Origin: Candidatus Poribacteria bacterium
Lineage (GTDB): Bacteria > Poribacteria > WGA-4E > WGA-3G
Assembly (NCBI GenBank): GCA_965198235.1
Contig: OZ240248.1
Span: 4,832,001-4,896,000 of the forward strand
Reading direction: 5' to 3'
Length of the DNA: 64,000 nt
The position numbers and the translations under genes are program-made. Position 1 is the first letter of the stretch, and each line of letters opens with the position of its first letter. Positions 8,937 through 19,157 of the stretch are shown one piece after another. Below the pieces are notes generated by a model. The model was not told where the DNA came from, made no database searches, and saw nothing but the letters and a program-made list of their open reading frames with translations.

Positions 8937-9989
8937 TTACACTCCAAGAAGGTGTTCAAGAATGTAGAAGTCCAAACCTTCATAATCTCTGGCTGTGATA
9001 AATTCCTGTTCGACCTCTTTGTCAAACGTTCGGACCTTCTCAAGTAGGTTAAGGAAGGTTCTGCGACTGCTCAATAAGTGTTTTGTTGAGATGTCGCGTG
9101 GTTGGGTTCGCATTACTTTTACATCTAATCCAATAAATTCGCCGTTTCTACCGTATCCATTTTCTTCCAGTACTTGTACCTGATTAAACGCACGCCGCAA
9201 ATTAACGGAACCGAACGCCTTATCTTGGTCGAATTTTAACCCATTCTGGTCGTTGAGATGGACGCTCCAAAGCTTCTTATGATAGAGAGCGTATCCCATC
9301 TCGTCGGACGGTTCTAAACCTGCGAGAATAGCATGCGCACTTTCGATTAATCCTCCAACGCGTTCCGGCGCATCGCTGGCATAGGCTAAACCGATAGCGT
9401 GCCCGATAGTTGGAATGTAAGCGATGTCCATCGGTTCATTCGGTTTTGGTTCTATGAGAATTCGGATTTCTGGATCGTATTCGAGCAAGGCGTTAATTGC
9501 TTCTAAAATCTGTCCAACTGCACTTGCGGAATCTTTCGTTTCCCGGATGTAGGTGCCTTCGCGGGCAAGCCACAACACGAGATTTTTACACCCAATCTCG
9601 TTAGCGATATCCACACACCGTTTTGAACGTTCCAGGGCATAGTGTCTTTCTTTTTTGGAATTAGAAGTGTAAGCCCCATCGATTGTCTGTGGAGATTCCC
9701 ACAACCGGGGTGCCACTACCTCTGCTGTCAAACCGTGGTCGTCGAGTTGTTTTTTGACGGTTTTTGTTCGCGCTATCAGCTGTGCATGTGTTTTCTCATC
9801 AATATCCGGCACAATGTCATCGTCGTGAAATTGAATTCCAACAAAACCGAGATCGCGATAAAATCCAACCTTTTCATCGAAACTGAACACCTCCCGAACA
9901 GGGGGTCCAAAAGGGTCTGTTCCCTCGTGTATATTCCAGGGTCCGAAAGAGAAACAATATTCTGTTGTTCCTTTAAGGGGTTCGCTCAT
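8937..9989 (-). CDS. xylA: Xylose isomerase
   Basis: DPFG, FHDDD, W..REG, EPKPNEP, ESAH, HLNDQ, DQD metal-binding motifs. Confidence 0.85.
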   Translation of the reverse strand: MSEPLKGTTEYCFSFGPWNIHEGTDPFGPPVREVFSFDEKVGFYRDLGFVGIQFHDDDIVPDIDEKTHAQLIARTKTVKKQLDDHGLTAEVVAPRLWESPQTIDGAYTSNSKKERHYALERSKRCVDIANEIGCKNLVLWLAREGTYIRETKDSASAVGQILEAINALLEYDPEIRILIEPKPNEPMDIAYIPTIGHAIGLAYASDAPERVGGLIESAHAILAGLEPSDEMGYALYHKKLWSVHLNDQNGLKFDQDKAFGSVNLRRAFNQVQVLEENGYGRNGEFIGLDVKVMRTQPRDISTKHLLSSRRTFLNLLEKVRTFDKEVEQEFITARDYEGLDFYILEHLLGV

Positions 9990-10359
9990 TATTTTCTCCT
10001 GTACGCAACGTTTTCTCTTCCACTTCGTTACAAAAATTGCCTTTGATCGCTTTGTTTTACACTAAATTAACGTGAGTTCCGAAAAAATAAGAGTTTGTGG
10101 TATAAAGAGAATCCCTTTGCTATAATGAGTGAACTTTAAACCTTTCATAAAAGGAGTTCTCATAAGTCTATTATATCACCTTTCTGTGCAATTGACAACT
10201 TTTTTCTTGCGTATGAAACATATCAGCTTAAAAATACTATAAAGGATATCCCATGGATTTGCGACTGGCAACTTAGGTTAGAATTGGGGCCGACTCGCGT
10301 GTCGGAGCATAAAAGAGATTGGCATTCAGGTTGTTTTTGTGGTATAATTATTAGGACAT

Positions 10360-10868
10360 CGTGGCGGTGGACTTCACCAACCTGATATTCACTGATTTCC
10401 CGGTGATTTTGATAATGAAATGTCAACAGATGCCACTGCCCTGCTTTGGCAAAGGTTTTGCCATATTCCTTGCACGTCTGTTGAAGTATCAAGGCGAACT
10501 CACCGAAGGCAAGGTCAGAGACTTTACGCCCCCAAAGTTTTTATGGTGCCTGTCCATTCGCGGTGTTTCCAAAAAGTAAAATGCTTTTTCAGACACCCGA
10601 TATAGATACGGTTACCTTCTATTTTGAAACCCGCTTGTGTGAACATCAGGGATTTGTACTTGTGTTTCGCTTTGATTTTCGGACACCCCACTTTACAAGG
10701 TCTTATAACCGCGCATTTTATTCGCAATTTCAAATGGCATAAGTATACCTTCTTGATAGGCTTATGAATAGAGTTATACTATATTTAGAAGGTAATGTCA
10801 AATATATTTTCAGCGTGTTATCACTCGTCTACATCCCCTAAACTAAACATCGGGATTTGACGAGGAGG
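10360..10868 (-). mobile_element. Degenerate IS200/IS605-family (tnpB) remnant
   Basis: Fragment GCPKIKAKHKYKSLMFTQAGFKIEGNRIYIG resembles the TnpB N-terminal G.P+FK..Y.S motif; IS605-like end hairpin at ~10830-10868; TTGACA-17-TATAAC promoter on minus strand at ~10773-10801; no intact ORF. Confidence 0.6.
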
Positions 10869-10891
10869 GTCAATAAAGGAACCTTCCCGGA

Positions 10892-13800
10892 ATGTTGCCC
10901 ATATCTCGAGCGATCTTCTCTTACTCATATTTATTTTATCTTTTCATGCTCACGCTGAATCTACCTATCCAGCATATACACGCAGCGGATCATGAAAGCG
11001 AAGGAAGCACGCCACTTCCAACTGTCAACGACTCGATTCGCGAAGCGCAGACATTGATATTAGGGACAACGTCAACAGAAACCTTCAGTTTTTCTGATGT
11101 TTATCATATAGAACTCAGCCTAAATGTATCGGGTAATATCGAACTGATTGCCACAGAGGGTGATGTCATCATCGTTACTCTCGAAAAACAAGCACAAGCT
11201 ACAAACGCAAAACAGGACGATCTGATTCGCGACTATCTTGATAACATCACCTTGACGGGAACACAAAGCGATGATACACTTCAGTTGAGGATACAACTAC
11301 CGGGTAATTCTCCTGAAACAAAATCGAGCCCGCTTTCTAATATGAAATTGGGGTTACAAACCCCTCCCACAGCAGTGCGCTATGATGGACTCCACCTGAA
11401 ATGTACAATTAAAACGCCAGCGGATGTCTCTGTTAAGCTCCATGCCAAAACCGGAGATATATCCCTTCAACGTATCCGTGGGAAGATAGAAGCCTCGACT
11501 GGGACAGGGAACATCCATTTAGATGAAACCTTAGGCAATTACAATATCAATGTGACCACGGGCAACATTGACGGGAAAATTTTGCTGACCCAAGGACAAA
11601 ACACGTTAGAGACCCAAAATGGCTCGATTGGATTGATGGTACTTGACCCTGTTGCAGCACCGATGGATATAACCGCACAAGGCGGTAGCATCCGTTTACG
11701 ACTTCCTGAAAATTATGCCGCGGATGTCGAGCTTGAGAGTGAGAAACAGCAAATTGTTGTCAATTTGCCCGCACAATTTGACGAGGAAACGGGCCTGACC
11801 ATTATTAACGATGGTGGACCCCTGTTTCGGTTGAAAGCCACCGACGCGATTTCACTTCTATCGAGTTCGCCGAGCGGTGGAAATGTATCCGCAGACGCTG
11901 AAACGAATCCATTTGTGGATTTTGCTCAACCTGTTCCGCAAATAGCAAAAGCCCCCATTATTGATGGCAATTTATCTGAAATTGTATGGCAATCAGCGGC
12001 TCTGCTCTCTCCGTTCCAAAATCCAGATGGCACCGATGTTCCAAGCAATTCAACTGAAACTTTTTTAATATGGGATGCCGAGAATTTCTATGTCGGTGTA
12101 AAGGCGTATGTGTCTGATTCGTTTCTCCCGTATATTTCACAGACCCAGCATGACTCACCAATTTGGGAGGACGAGTGTATTGAAATTCTGATCGATCCTA
12201 ATCCGCAAACCGATGTTTACTATCACCTTGTTATCAACCCAATTAGTGCGTATTTTGATCAGCGTGTTAATACACCTGGAAAACCCAGTTTCCGGTTTGC
12301 ACCTCATGATGTTCAAGTTACTTTGAATCGAAAAACGATGGAAACAGCGTTCGATGCGGATGGCGCATGGAACTCAGAAGCGAAAGTTGCCAGCCAAATT
12401 AGCACCATTTTTTGGAGTCTTGAAGTCGCTCTCCCGCGTAAGATGTTGGAACCTTCTCCTGAGATGGATTCGCAGTCGACATCCTCTGTTGAAAGTAGGT
12501 GGCTTTTTAACATCCATCGTAAGATGCATAGTAGCAATATGAAGAGCCTTATTCCTGCTAGGTCCAGAGAATATAGTTATTGGCAGCCGATTTATGATAC
12601 CGAGCATCCATGGTGGTCCCATTCGCCGCATGAGTATGAGGGTCCCCTTTCGGGACGCTATGGTCCGGCAATGGGGGTTTTGGAATTCATTACGACACCA
12701 CTCGCTTCTGAAGACTTCGCATCCGAAGCTAAGGTCCGGGTTGCGACTATTGAAATCAAAGGTAATACCACAATTCCGACAGAGGTTGTTCAAGAGTCCC
12801 TTCCTATTCAGCCTGAAGATGTTATCACAAGTCCACAACTTTCTTGGCTAATCACAGAATTGCGGGAACAGGGTTGGTTTCAAGATGTGCGTTTGGAAAC
12901 TCAGCAGGTCGAAGCAGACGGTGAAGAAGAAGTCAGCGGTCAGCAGAATAGCAATCAGCCATCAGCAGTCAGCAGTCAGAAAGAGGACGTAATTTCACCA
13001 GAAAACCTCTTAACTGACAGCCGAGAGCCGAGAGCCGACAACCACGCCGCTGAAAGCCAAGGGAAACCGAAAGCCATTCCAAGTGTCAGTTTGCATATCC
13101 GAGTTACGGAAGCCCCTGTGCTTTTTGCCCAGCAAATTAAGATCGAAGGGAACAGGAGTTTCCCTTCACGATTCATCAAGGAGTGGTTTCAGTTAGAATC
13201 CGGCTATCTTGCTGTCACTGTTGTTAGACTGAAGCAACAATTAATTGCTGATTTTTATTCAAATCGTGGATATGAATTCGCGACTGTTACACATCGATTT
13301 GTCAATGATGTACTTGAATTTAGCATTGATGAGGGGACATTGCACGAAATTCGTTTTACTGGAAACAGTCGAATCTTGCGGGCGGAACTGTTGTCAGCAC
13401 TTAACCTAAAAACTGAGGACAGTGATGAAGAACGAGGTTCACAAGCCTCGGATATTTACTATCATGCCCTCGGTCAATCGAAGATAAACGGTATGCGTAA
13501 GGAACTCAGCAAAAACAGTGAGCATTTTAAATCGGTTCGGAATTGGCGTGTTCAACGTGAGGGTGGAAAAAACGTCATGATTGTTGACATTGAAGAGCAG
13601 CCGTTCGCGAGACCGGGTGGTTTTCCGATTCTTCAATTCAATCGTGTTCACGGATTAATGCTTGGCGCGGGTGGAACGCTCTCGACTCGCCTCACAGGTA
13701 AAGAACAGGTTTTCGGTTCAATAAGCCGTGGATTTTCGAGCAAAATATGGAACTATCACGCAGGGCTCGAGAAGGGGTTCTTTAAACGGCAGCCTCTCAG

Positions 13801-14734
13801 ACTCGGGGGGAGTTTCTATAAACTTACCGATGTTAGTTCTAATATGTATCTGCATCAAGGTGATGCTACCCTGAGTGCCACCTATTATGGTTCAGCACTT
13901 CAAGATTATTATGAACGTCAGGGATCTCAGGGATGGATAACCTATGCGCCATCAGAATGGACGTATCTTAAATTGGAGTTCACTGCGGAGAGACACGATA
14001 ACCTTTCCAAATCTACGGATTGGAGTTACTTAAACCGAAATCTGCTCAAGCGGGGAAACTCACGGATTAATCGTGGACAATTAAGGAGTCTTTCTCTCGT
14101 TTATGCGTTCGATACACGGGATCATAGGTCTACTATCACACGGCATTTCCACACGCTGTTTTCCGCAAATGAGCGAGCTCGGCGTGGATGGCGCGGTCAA
14201 TTCGCAGTTGAAATAGCAGGTCAAGGTTTCGGTGGGGACCACGCCTTCAATTTCTATCGGTTTGAGTTGACACGCTACACGCCTTTATCGGGTTCACACC
14301 ACCTGAACGTTCGGGTTGCGGGTGATTTTTCTGATGCTCCCTTGCCGAGACAACGACTCCTTCACCTTGGGGGTGGTAATACCCTGCGCGGTCACGATTT
14401 TAACGTATTCGCTGGGGATAATCGGCTTCTGCTTAACCTTGAGTATCGGCTCATCAAAGAAACAATTCCCAGTGAACAAGACGCTGTGCTCGGGTGGACA
14501 CTCAGTTGTTTTTTGGATGTAGGTAGTGTGTGGTGGCATGATGCCCGCTTTTCCGATTTTGAAGATTTCATGATGCGGTTCAAAACGTCAATCGGTGTTG
14601 GATGCTCTGTTTTTGTAGATCCATTCGGGAATCCCGCACCGTGGAGTCTTGCTCTTGAAGTGGCAGAACCACTCAATTCGTCTTTCTCCTTACGAAATCC
14701 GAGCATCATTTTGCGCCTGGAACGCATGTTTTAA
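10892..14734 (+). CDS. Large Omp85/BamA-family fusion: signal peptide, DUF4097-like beta-repeat, CBM9-like domain, POTRA domains, beta-barrel
   Basis: TGDISLQRIRGKIEASTGTGNIHL repeats; PIIDGNLSE..W..WDAENFYVG..D.IEILIDP (CBM9); IEIKGN, IKIEGN, IRFTGN POTRA starts; LGGGNTLRGHD..GDN..LNLEYR, FLDVG, C-terminal F. Confidence 0.8.
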   Translation: MLPISRAIFSYSYLFYLFMLTLNLPIQHIHAADHESEGSTPLPTVNDSIREAQTLILGTTSTETFSFSDVYHIELSLNVSGNIELIATEGDVIIVTLEKQAQATNAKQDDLIRDYLDNITLTGTQSDDTLQLRIQLPGNSPETKSSPLSNMKLGLQTPPTAVRYDGLHLKCTIKTPADVSVKLHAKTGDISLQRIRGKIEASTGTGNIHLDETLGNYNINVTTGNIDGKILLTQGQNTLETQNGSIGLMVLDPVAAPMDITAQGGSIRLRLPENYAADVELESEKQQIVVNLPAQFDEETGLTIINDGGPLFRLKATDAISLLSSSPSGGNVSADAETNPFVDFAQPVPQIAKAPIIDGNLSEIVWQSAALLSPFQNPDGTDVPSNSTETFLIWDAENFYVGVKAYVSDSFLPYISQTQHDSPIWEDECIEILIDPNPQTDVYYHLVINPISAYFDQRVNTPGKPSFRFAPHDVQVTLNRKTMETAFDADGAWNSEAKVASQISTIFWSLEVALPRKMLEPSPEMDSQSTSSVESRWLFNIHRKMHSSNMKSLIPARSREYSYWQPIYDTEHPWWSHSPHEYEGPLSGRYGPAMGVLEFITTPLASEDFASEAKVRVATIEIKGNTTIPTEVVQESLPIQPEDVITSPQLSWLITELREQGWFQDVRLETQQVEADGEEEVSGQQNSNQPSAVSSQKEDVISPENLLTDSREPRADNHAAESQGKPKAIPSVSLHIRVTEAPVLFAQQIKIEGNRSFPSRFIKEWFQLESGYLAVTVVRLKQQLIADFYSNRGYEFATVTHRFVNDVLEFSIDEGTLHEIRFTGNSRILRAELLSALNLKTEDSDEERGSQASDIYYHALGQSKINGMRKELSKNSEHFKSVRNWRVQREGGKNVMIVDIEEQPFARPGGFPILQFNRVHGLMLGAGGTLSTRLTGKEQVFGSISRGFSSKIWNYHAGLEKGFFKRQPLRLGGSFYKLTDVSSNMYLHQGDATLSATYYGSALQDYYERQGSQGWITYAPSEWTYLKLEFTAERHDNLSKSTDWSYLNRNLLKRGNSRINRGQLRSLSLVYAFDTRDHRSTITRHFHTLFSANERARRGWRGQFAVEIAGQGFGGDHAFNFYRFELTRYTPLSGSHHLNVRVAGDFSDAPLPRQRLLHLGGGNTLRGHDFNVFAGDNRLLLNLEYRLIKETIPSEQDAVLGWTLSCFLDVGSVWWHDARFSDFEDFMMRFKTSIGVGCSVFVDPFGNPAPWSLALEVAEPLNSSFSLRNPSIILRLERMF
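11346..11372. repeat. REP-like hairpin in frame within the Omp85 fusion gene
   Basis: aattggggttacaaacccctcccacag closely matches the reverse complement of intergenic 22274-22300 (aatcagggttagaaacccctcctgcaa). Confidence 0.6.
12931..13059. repeat. Family A element inserted in frame in the Omp85 fusion
   Basis: Tandem gtcagca arms plus core aagaggacgtaatttcaccagaaaacctcttaactgacagccgagagccg; encodes ...AVSSQKEDVISPENLLTDSREPRADNH. Confidence 0.9.
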
Positions 14735-14767
14735 TCAGAGAGAATATCAGCAGGAAAATTAGAAAAA

Positions 14768-14860
14768 CGTAAGCCCAACCAACGGGCCGGGCTGGATATA
14801 CGCCGAGGAGCGTCATTCATCCAACCCACCTGACCGAACCGCAAGGAAAAATTAAAAAAT
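14768..14860 (+). repeat. Family C repeat ending in GAACCGCAAGG + A-rich tract, just before a start codon
   Basis: 35 bp identical to 63159-63193; GAACCGCAAGG at 14836-14846. Confidence 0.85.
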
Positions 14861-14866
14861 AAAAAT

Positions 14867-15979
14867 ATGAAAACAACACCACTCTATCATATCCATGAGA
14901 AACTTGGTGCAGCATTCGAAAAAAAGCATTTAGATTGGAATATTGCTACCGAGTTCACCGATGCTGTTTCCGAACATCATGCTGTTAGAAACAACGTTGG
15001 TATTACTGACGTGTCCTATCGAGGTCGGTATCGGTTAATCGGCGAGGATCGGGCGAAATTTCTACATCGTATCATCTCCAACGATGTTGAAAGTCTCTCA
15101 ATTGGCCAAGGCACTTACGCCACGATTTTAACGCACCGCGGCAAAATTATAGCCGATATGAATATCTCTGTACTTGAAGACGCAATCAGTATTGACACCG
15201 CGCCTGAGACCACAGAAAGCCTTTTCAACGAGTTGGACAAGTACATCATCGCTGACGATGTTGAGCTTTCGGATGTAACCGCTGAAACTGGGGCAATCGC
15301 TGTTCAGGGTCCAAAAGCAGCGGATCTTGTTCAATCTGTGCTCGGTGTAGACGAACTCGCTGCGCTGCCAGAGCGGTATAACCGCTTTCGTGAAGCAGAT
15401 TCGCTTTTTAAACACGCAATTGTCTGTGTGAGAACAGATAGCACTGGCGAGATGGGTTGGACGCTTTATACCGCTGCCGAGGCATTAGTTTTGCTTTGGG
15501 AGACATTAATGACTGAGGGGGCACGCTTTGACGTTCAACCGATCGGTTGGAATGCCCTTGAGTCGCTCCGCATTGAAGCAGGCGTGCCGAGATACGGGAC
15601 AGAATTAACCGATTCTATTATCCCACTTGAGGCTGAATTGGAACACGCTATCGATTTTGAGAAGGGATGTTATATTGGGCAGGAGATTGTCGCGCGCATG
15701 AAATATCGGGGGCACCCGAATCGCCTCTTGCGCGGCATTGAAATTGACGCCGACTTCACATTGCAAGACTGCCATAAGCTTCCCTTAGATGCGCGGGTTT
15801 TCAACGGCGACAAAGAGGTGGGGTGGATTACGAGTGCCACCTTTGCCCCGACGCTCGGAAAATCAGTTGCTCTCGGTTACGTTCGGATGGAAGTTACTGA
15901 AGCAGGTAGCCGTGTCCAAATCAAGACCTCAGAAGGGTATGTTGATGGCGCGGTCGTGCTGCTGCCCTTTTCGGCGTAG
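14867..15979 (+). CDS. GcvT/YgfZ-family aminomethyltransferase-like folate-binding protein
   Basis: KTTPLY, LRIEAGVP.YG, KGCYIGQEIVAR (YgfZ signature). Confidence 0.9.
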   Translation: MKTTPLYHIHEKLGAAFEKKHLDWNIATEFTDAVSEHHAVRNNVGITDVSYRGRYRLIGEDRAKFLHRIISNDVESLSIGQGTYATILTHRGKIIADMNISVLEDAISIDTAPETTESLFNELDKYIIADDVELSDVTAETGAIAVQGPKAADLVQSVLGVDELAALPERYNRFREADSLFKHAIVCVRTDSTGEMGWTLYTAAEALVLLWETLMTEGARFDVQPIGWNALESLRIEAGVPRYGTELTDSIIPLEAELEHAIDFEKGCYIGQEIVARMKYRGHPNRLLRGIEIDADFTLQDCHKLPLDARVFNGDKEVGWITSATFAPTLGKSVALGYVRMEVTEAGSRVQIKTSEGYVDGAVVLLPFSA

Positions 15980-16093
15980 CCTACAATCCAAGGGCTTGCT
16001 ATATAAAATATCACGACAAGGTTTCTATCCGCGCGCTGTTTTCAGGTTGGCTCTACAAGCGCGCAGGCAAAACTGTAGAGGAGGAATTTTACT

Positions 16094-16933
16094 ATGGAAC
16101 ATTCAAGATTCTCTAAAATTCTACTCGGTTTAGATGGCTCTGCCTATGCACAAGCGGCGATTGAATACGCCTGTCAACTCGCGCTTAGCCATAATGCAGC
16201 AATTACAGGGGTCGCTATCATCGATCAACCGGGCATTCAATCTTCAAGCGGTCCAGTACCAATCGGGGCAACGCATTATGATATACAACTTGAAGAGCAA
16301 CAGTTAAAAGAGACAGAAAACAAGGCAAAAGCCATTCTTGAAGATTTTGCGCGTATCTGTGAGGAGCGACAAGTGAATGCTGTCTTACACGCCGATACAG
16401 GTCGCCCTTTCTCCGAAATAATTGAGGAATCCAAATTTCACGATTTCATTGTGATCGGAAAGCGGACGTTTTTTGAATACAATGCCGATGAAACTTATGG
16501 GACACTTGAGCGTATTTTGAGAAACGGGTTCACGCCTGTCCTGGCTGTGTCAGATTCAGTACGAGAAATTAAGAAGGTCCTGGTTGCCTATGATAATAGT
16601 GTTCCCGCTTCTAAAGCGGTGCACATGTTCCTTCTGCTCGGTATATGGAACACCAGTGATATAACGCTTCTTACCGTTAATGATAATGCTGAAGCCGCGC
16701 AGGGGTTATTAGACAGTCTTGGGGAATTTTTTGAGAGTTACGGAATTAAACCGAATCTCGCTACGCGAAGCGGGCATCCGGATACTGCTGTCAAATCCTA
16801 TATTGCAGAGAACAACATTGATATGTTGGTGATGGGGGCTTACGGTAGAAAAAGCGTCCGTGAGTTTTTCGTCGGCAGCGTTACACAACACTTGATTCAG
16901 GAAGCGACGATTCCACTTTTCCTTTATCATTAG
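16094..16933 (+). CDS. Universal stress protein (two USP domains)
   Basis: ILLGLDGS; VLVAYDNS; DMLVMGAYGR..FVGSVT. Confidence 0.92.
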   Translation: MEHSRFSKILLGLDGSAYAQAAIEYACQLALSHNAAITGVAIIDQPGIQSSSGPVPIGATHYDIQLEEQQLKETENKAKAILEDFARICEERQVNAVLHADTGRPFSEIIEESKFHDFIVIGKRTFFEYNADETYGTLERILRNGFTPVLAVSDSVREIKKVLVAYDNSVPASKAVHMFLLLGIWNTSDITLLTVNDNAEAAQGLLDSLGEFFESYGIKPNLATRSGHPDTAVKSYIAENNIDMLVMGAYGRKSVREFFVGSVTQHLIQEATIPLFLYH

Positions 16934-17022
16934 CGAAGATAAACTATCGCCGCGTTTTTGTCGCGGCTACAAACCGTGTCTCTGATAGAGGCACGATATT
17001 TATAGGAGGCAAATTTAAACCG

Positions 17023-17931
17023 ATGGTATACAGTAAGTTTTATTTTCGTATATCTCTTTTACTGTTCCTCCCGATACTCTTAGGTGGATGCGGTCTTGCC
17101 AAGTTAGCGAGAATTCAAGGAGAAGGCGACCTTGCTGTGGTAGAAGCCACCCTTGAGGGGAACATCGGCACGCTTGAACGCATATCTAAAATTGGGAGTA
17201 AGAATCTCATTATTAAGACGGCTCGCGCGTATTCATCTTATGCCGGCTTTATTGAGGATAAGATGGAAGAGTCTGAAATAGCAGGCGACTATGAGACTGC
17301 AGAGGAGATGCACGCACGTGCAATTGACTACTATATCCGTTCTGAGGGATACGCGCTCAAAGCTTTAGCGAAGTCGAATAAAACCTTCAATGAGGCAAGA
17401 ACTGTTGATATCGATGGCTTTGAAAAAGCACTTCAGAGTTTGAAAAAGAAGGATGTTGAACCACTGTTTTGGGCGGCTTATGCCATAGCACGCGGCATTA
17501 GTCTCCAGAAAGATGATCCGATGCAAGTGATTGACTTGGTTCGGGTGGAATTGATGATGGGGCGTGTGCTTGAATTGGATGAAACCTTCTACTTCGGCGG
17601 CGCGCATCTATTTTATACTGTTTATTACGGCGACCGGGCCCCCGCAATCGGTGGAGACCCGGAGAAGGCAAAGGAACATATTGGGCATGTAGATCGAATC
17701 AATGGCGGCAAGTTCTTGATGAGTAAATTCTACCTCGCACGATACTATGCCTATCCTAAACAGGATGTGAAGCTTTACAAGCAGTCGTTACAAGAAATTC
17801 TTGATGCACCGTCGGACATTTATCCTGGGGAAGAAGCAGCGACTTCGTTGGCAAAATCACGCGCCAAACGCTGGCTCGATCAGGCTGATGTTCTTTTTGA
17901 TCCAGAAATGGAGGAAGGAGATATAGAGTAA
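17023..17931 (+). CDS. TRAP/TPAT transporter TatT component (lipoprotein)
   Basis: Lipobox LGGC; VLELDETFYFGGAH, GGDPEKAKEH; overlaps the DctP gene. Confidence 0.8.
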   Translation: MVYSKFYFRISLLLFLPILLGGCGLAKLARIQGEGDLAVVEATLEGNIGTLERISKIGSKNLIIKTARAYSSYAGFIEDKMEESEIAGDYETAEEMHARAIDYYIRSEGYALKALAKSNKTFNEARTVDIDGFEKALQSLKKKDVEPLFWAAYAIARGISLQKDDPMQVIDLVRVELMMGRVLELDETFYFGGAHLFYTVYYGDRAPAIGGDPEKAKEHIGHVDRINGGKFLMSKFYLARYYAYPKQDVKLYKQSLQEILDAPSDIYPGEEAATSLAKSRAKRWLDQADVLFDPEMEEGDIE

Positions 17932-18974
17932 TGAAGAACGAAAAAACAGACTATAAAGCACACGCTGCTAAATTAGCGGGCGTGTTTCTATTGATTTTAG
18001 GAATGTTTTGTCTACCCGTGGCGAGTCTTGATGCCGAATCTATTAAATTCGCGACACTCGCGCCAAAGGGTTCCACATGGATGAATAATTTTGAGGCGAT
18101 GGGGAAAGAAATTCGCGCCAAAACAGATGGTAATCTTCGACTTCGTATCTATCCAAATGGGGTTCAGGGAGATGAACTTGATGTTATCCGCAAGATGCGA
18201 GCCGGATTGATCCACGCGGGGGCTATGACCGCTACGGGTCTTGGCGAGATACAGAAAGAGGTCCTGATTTTCCAACTGCCTCGAATGTTCAGAACTTACG
18301 AAGAACTTGACTATGTCCGTGACTACCTCCGTGCGGATCTTGACAAAGCATTTATGGATGCCGGGTATGTCCTACTCGGTATGGGAGACCTCGGCTTCTA
18401 TTATATATTCAGCAATCAACCTATCCGCACTATTGCCGACCTTCAATCCCCAAACGTCAAGATGTGGGCTCGTACATCAGACAGAATTGGGCTTACGTTT
18501 CACAAAAACGCCGAGATCGCGACTGTACCGAGAGAGGTTACACAGGTCCTGCCTTCGCTCTACTCGGGGCAAATCAACACCCTAACTGCGTCCCCTTATG
18601 TCACTATCGCGCTGCAATGGCACGATAAATTCAAATATATGACCGACCTTCCCGTCAGTGTTGGTGTTGGCGCAACAGTCATGACAAAGGAAAAATTTGA
18701 TGCGCTTTCCCCGGACCAGCAGAAAGTTGTGCGCGAGACCACGGACGCGTATCAGGGCGATTTAATTCAGAATATTCGCAAAGATAATGAAAGGGCACTT
18801 GAGGCACTGCAAAAGAAGGCAGGTATTAAAGTCGTTGAATTCGAGGACGATGCCCGGGAAGCGTGGGATGCTATCGCTGCAGAAACCCACAAAGCACTCG
18901 TCGGTGAGATTTACTCACAAGACTTTCTTGATAAGATTAACGCCCTTTTGCAAGCGTACCGAGAGAAAAATTAA
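17931..18974 (+). CDS. dctP: TRAP substrate-binding protein (DctP/TatP)
   Basis: IKFATLAPKGSTW, IYPNGVQGDE.DVIRKMRAG. Confidence 0.88.
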   Translation: MKNEKTDYKAHAAKLAGVFLLILGMFCLPVASLDAESIKFATLAPKGSTWMNNFEAMGKEIRAKTDGNLRLRIYPNGVQGDELDVIRKMRAGLIHAGAMTATGLGEIQKEVLIFQLPRMFRTYEELDYVRDYLRADLDKAFMDAGYVLLGMGDLGFYYIFSNQPIRTIADLQSPNVKMWARTSDRIGLTFHKNAEIATVPREVTQVLPSLYSGQINTLTASPYVTIALQWHDKFKYMTDLPVSVGVGATVMTKEKFDALSPDQQKVVRETTDAYQGDLIQNIRKDNERALEALQKKAGIKVVEFEDDAREAWDAIAAETHKALVGEIYSQDFLDKINALLQAYREKN

Positions 18975-19007
18975 GTCGCACTGACCTAACCCGTCAGTAA
19001 CCTTTCG

Positions 19008-19040
19008 TTGATAGGCACGCTTCCAAAGCGTGCCTGTCAA
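19008..19040. terminator. Hairpin after dctP (terminator or REP-like)
   Basis: ttgataggcacgctt-cca-aagcgtgcctgtcaa. Confidence 0.5.
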
Positions 19041-19157
19041 ATTTATGTAAGTTCTGCTTTCACCCGATCTTATTGATTTCCTTGTAATTACCTTCACATC
19101 TGTGTATAATTGGTGTTATCCTAAGTTCAATCACCGAAAATATACGGAGAAAATTTT

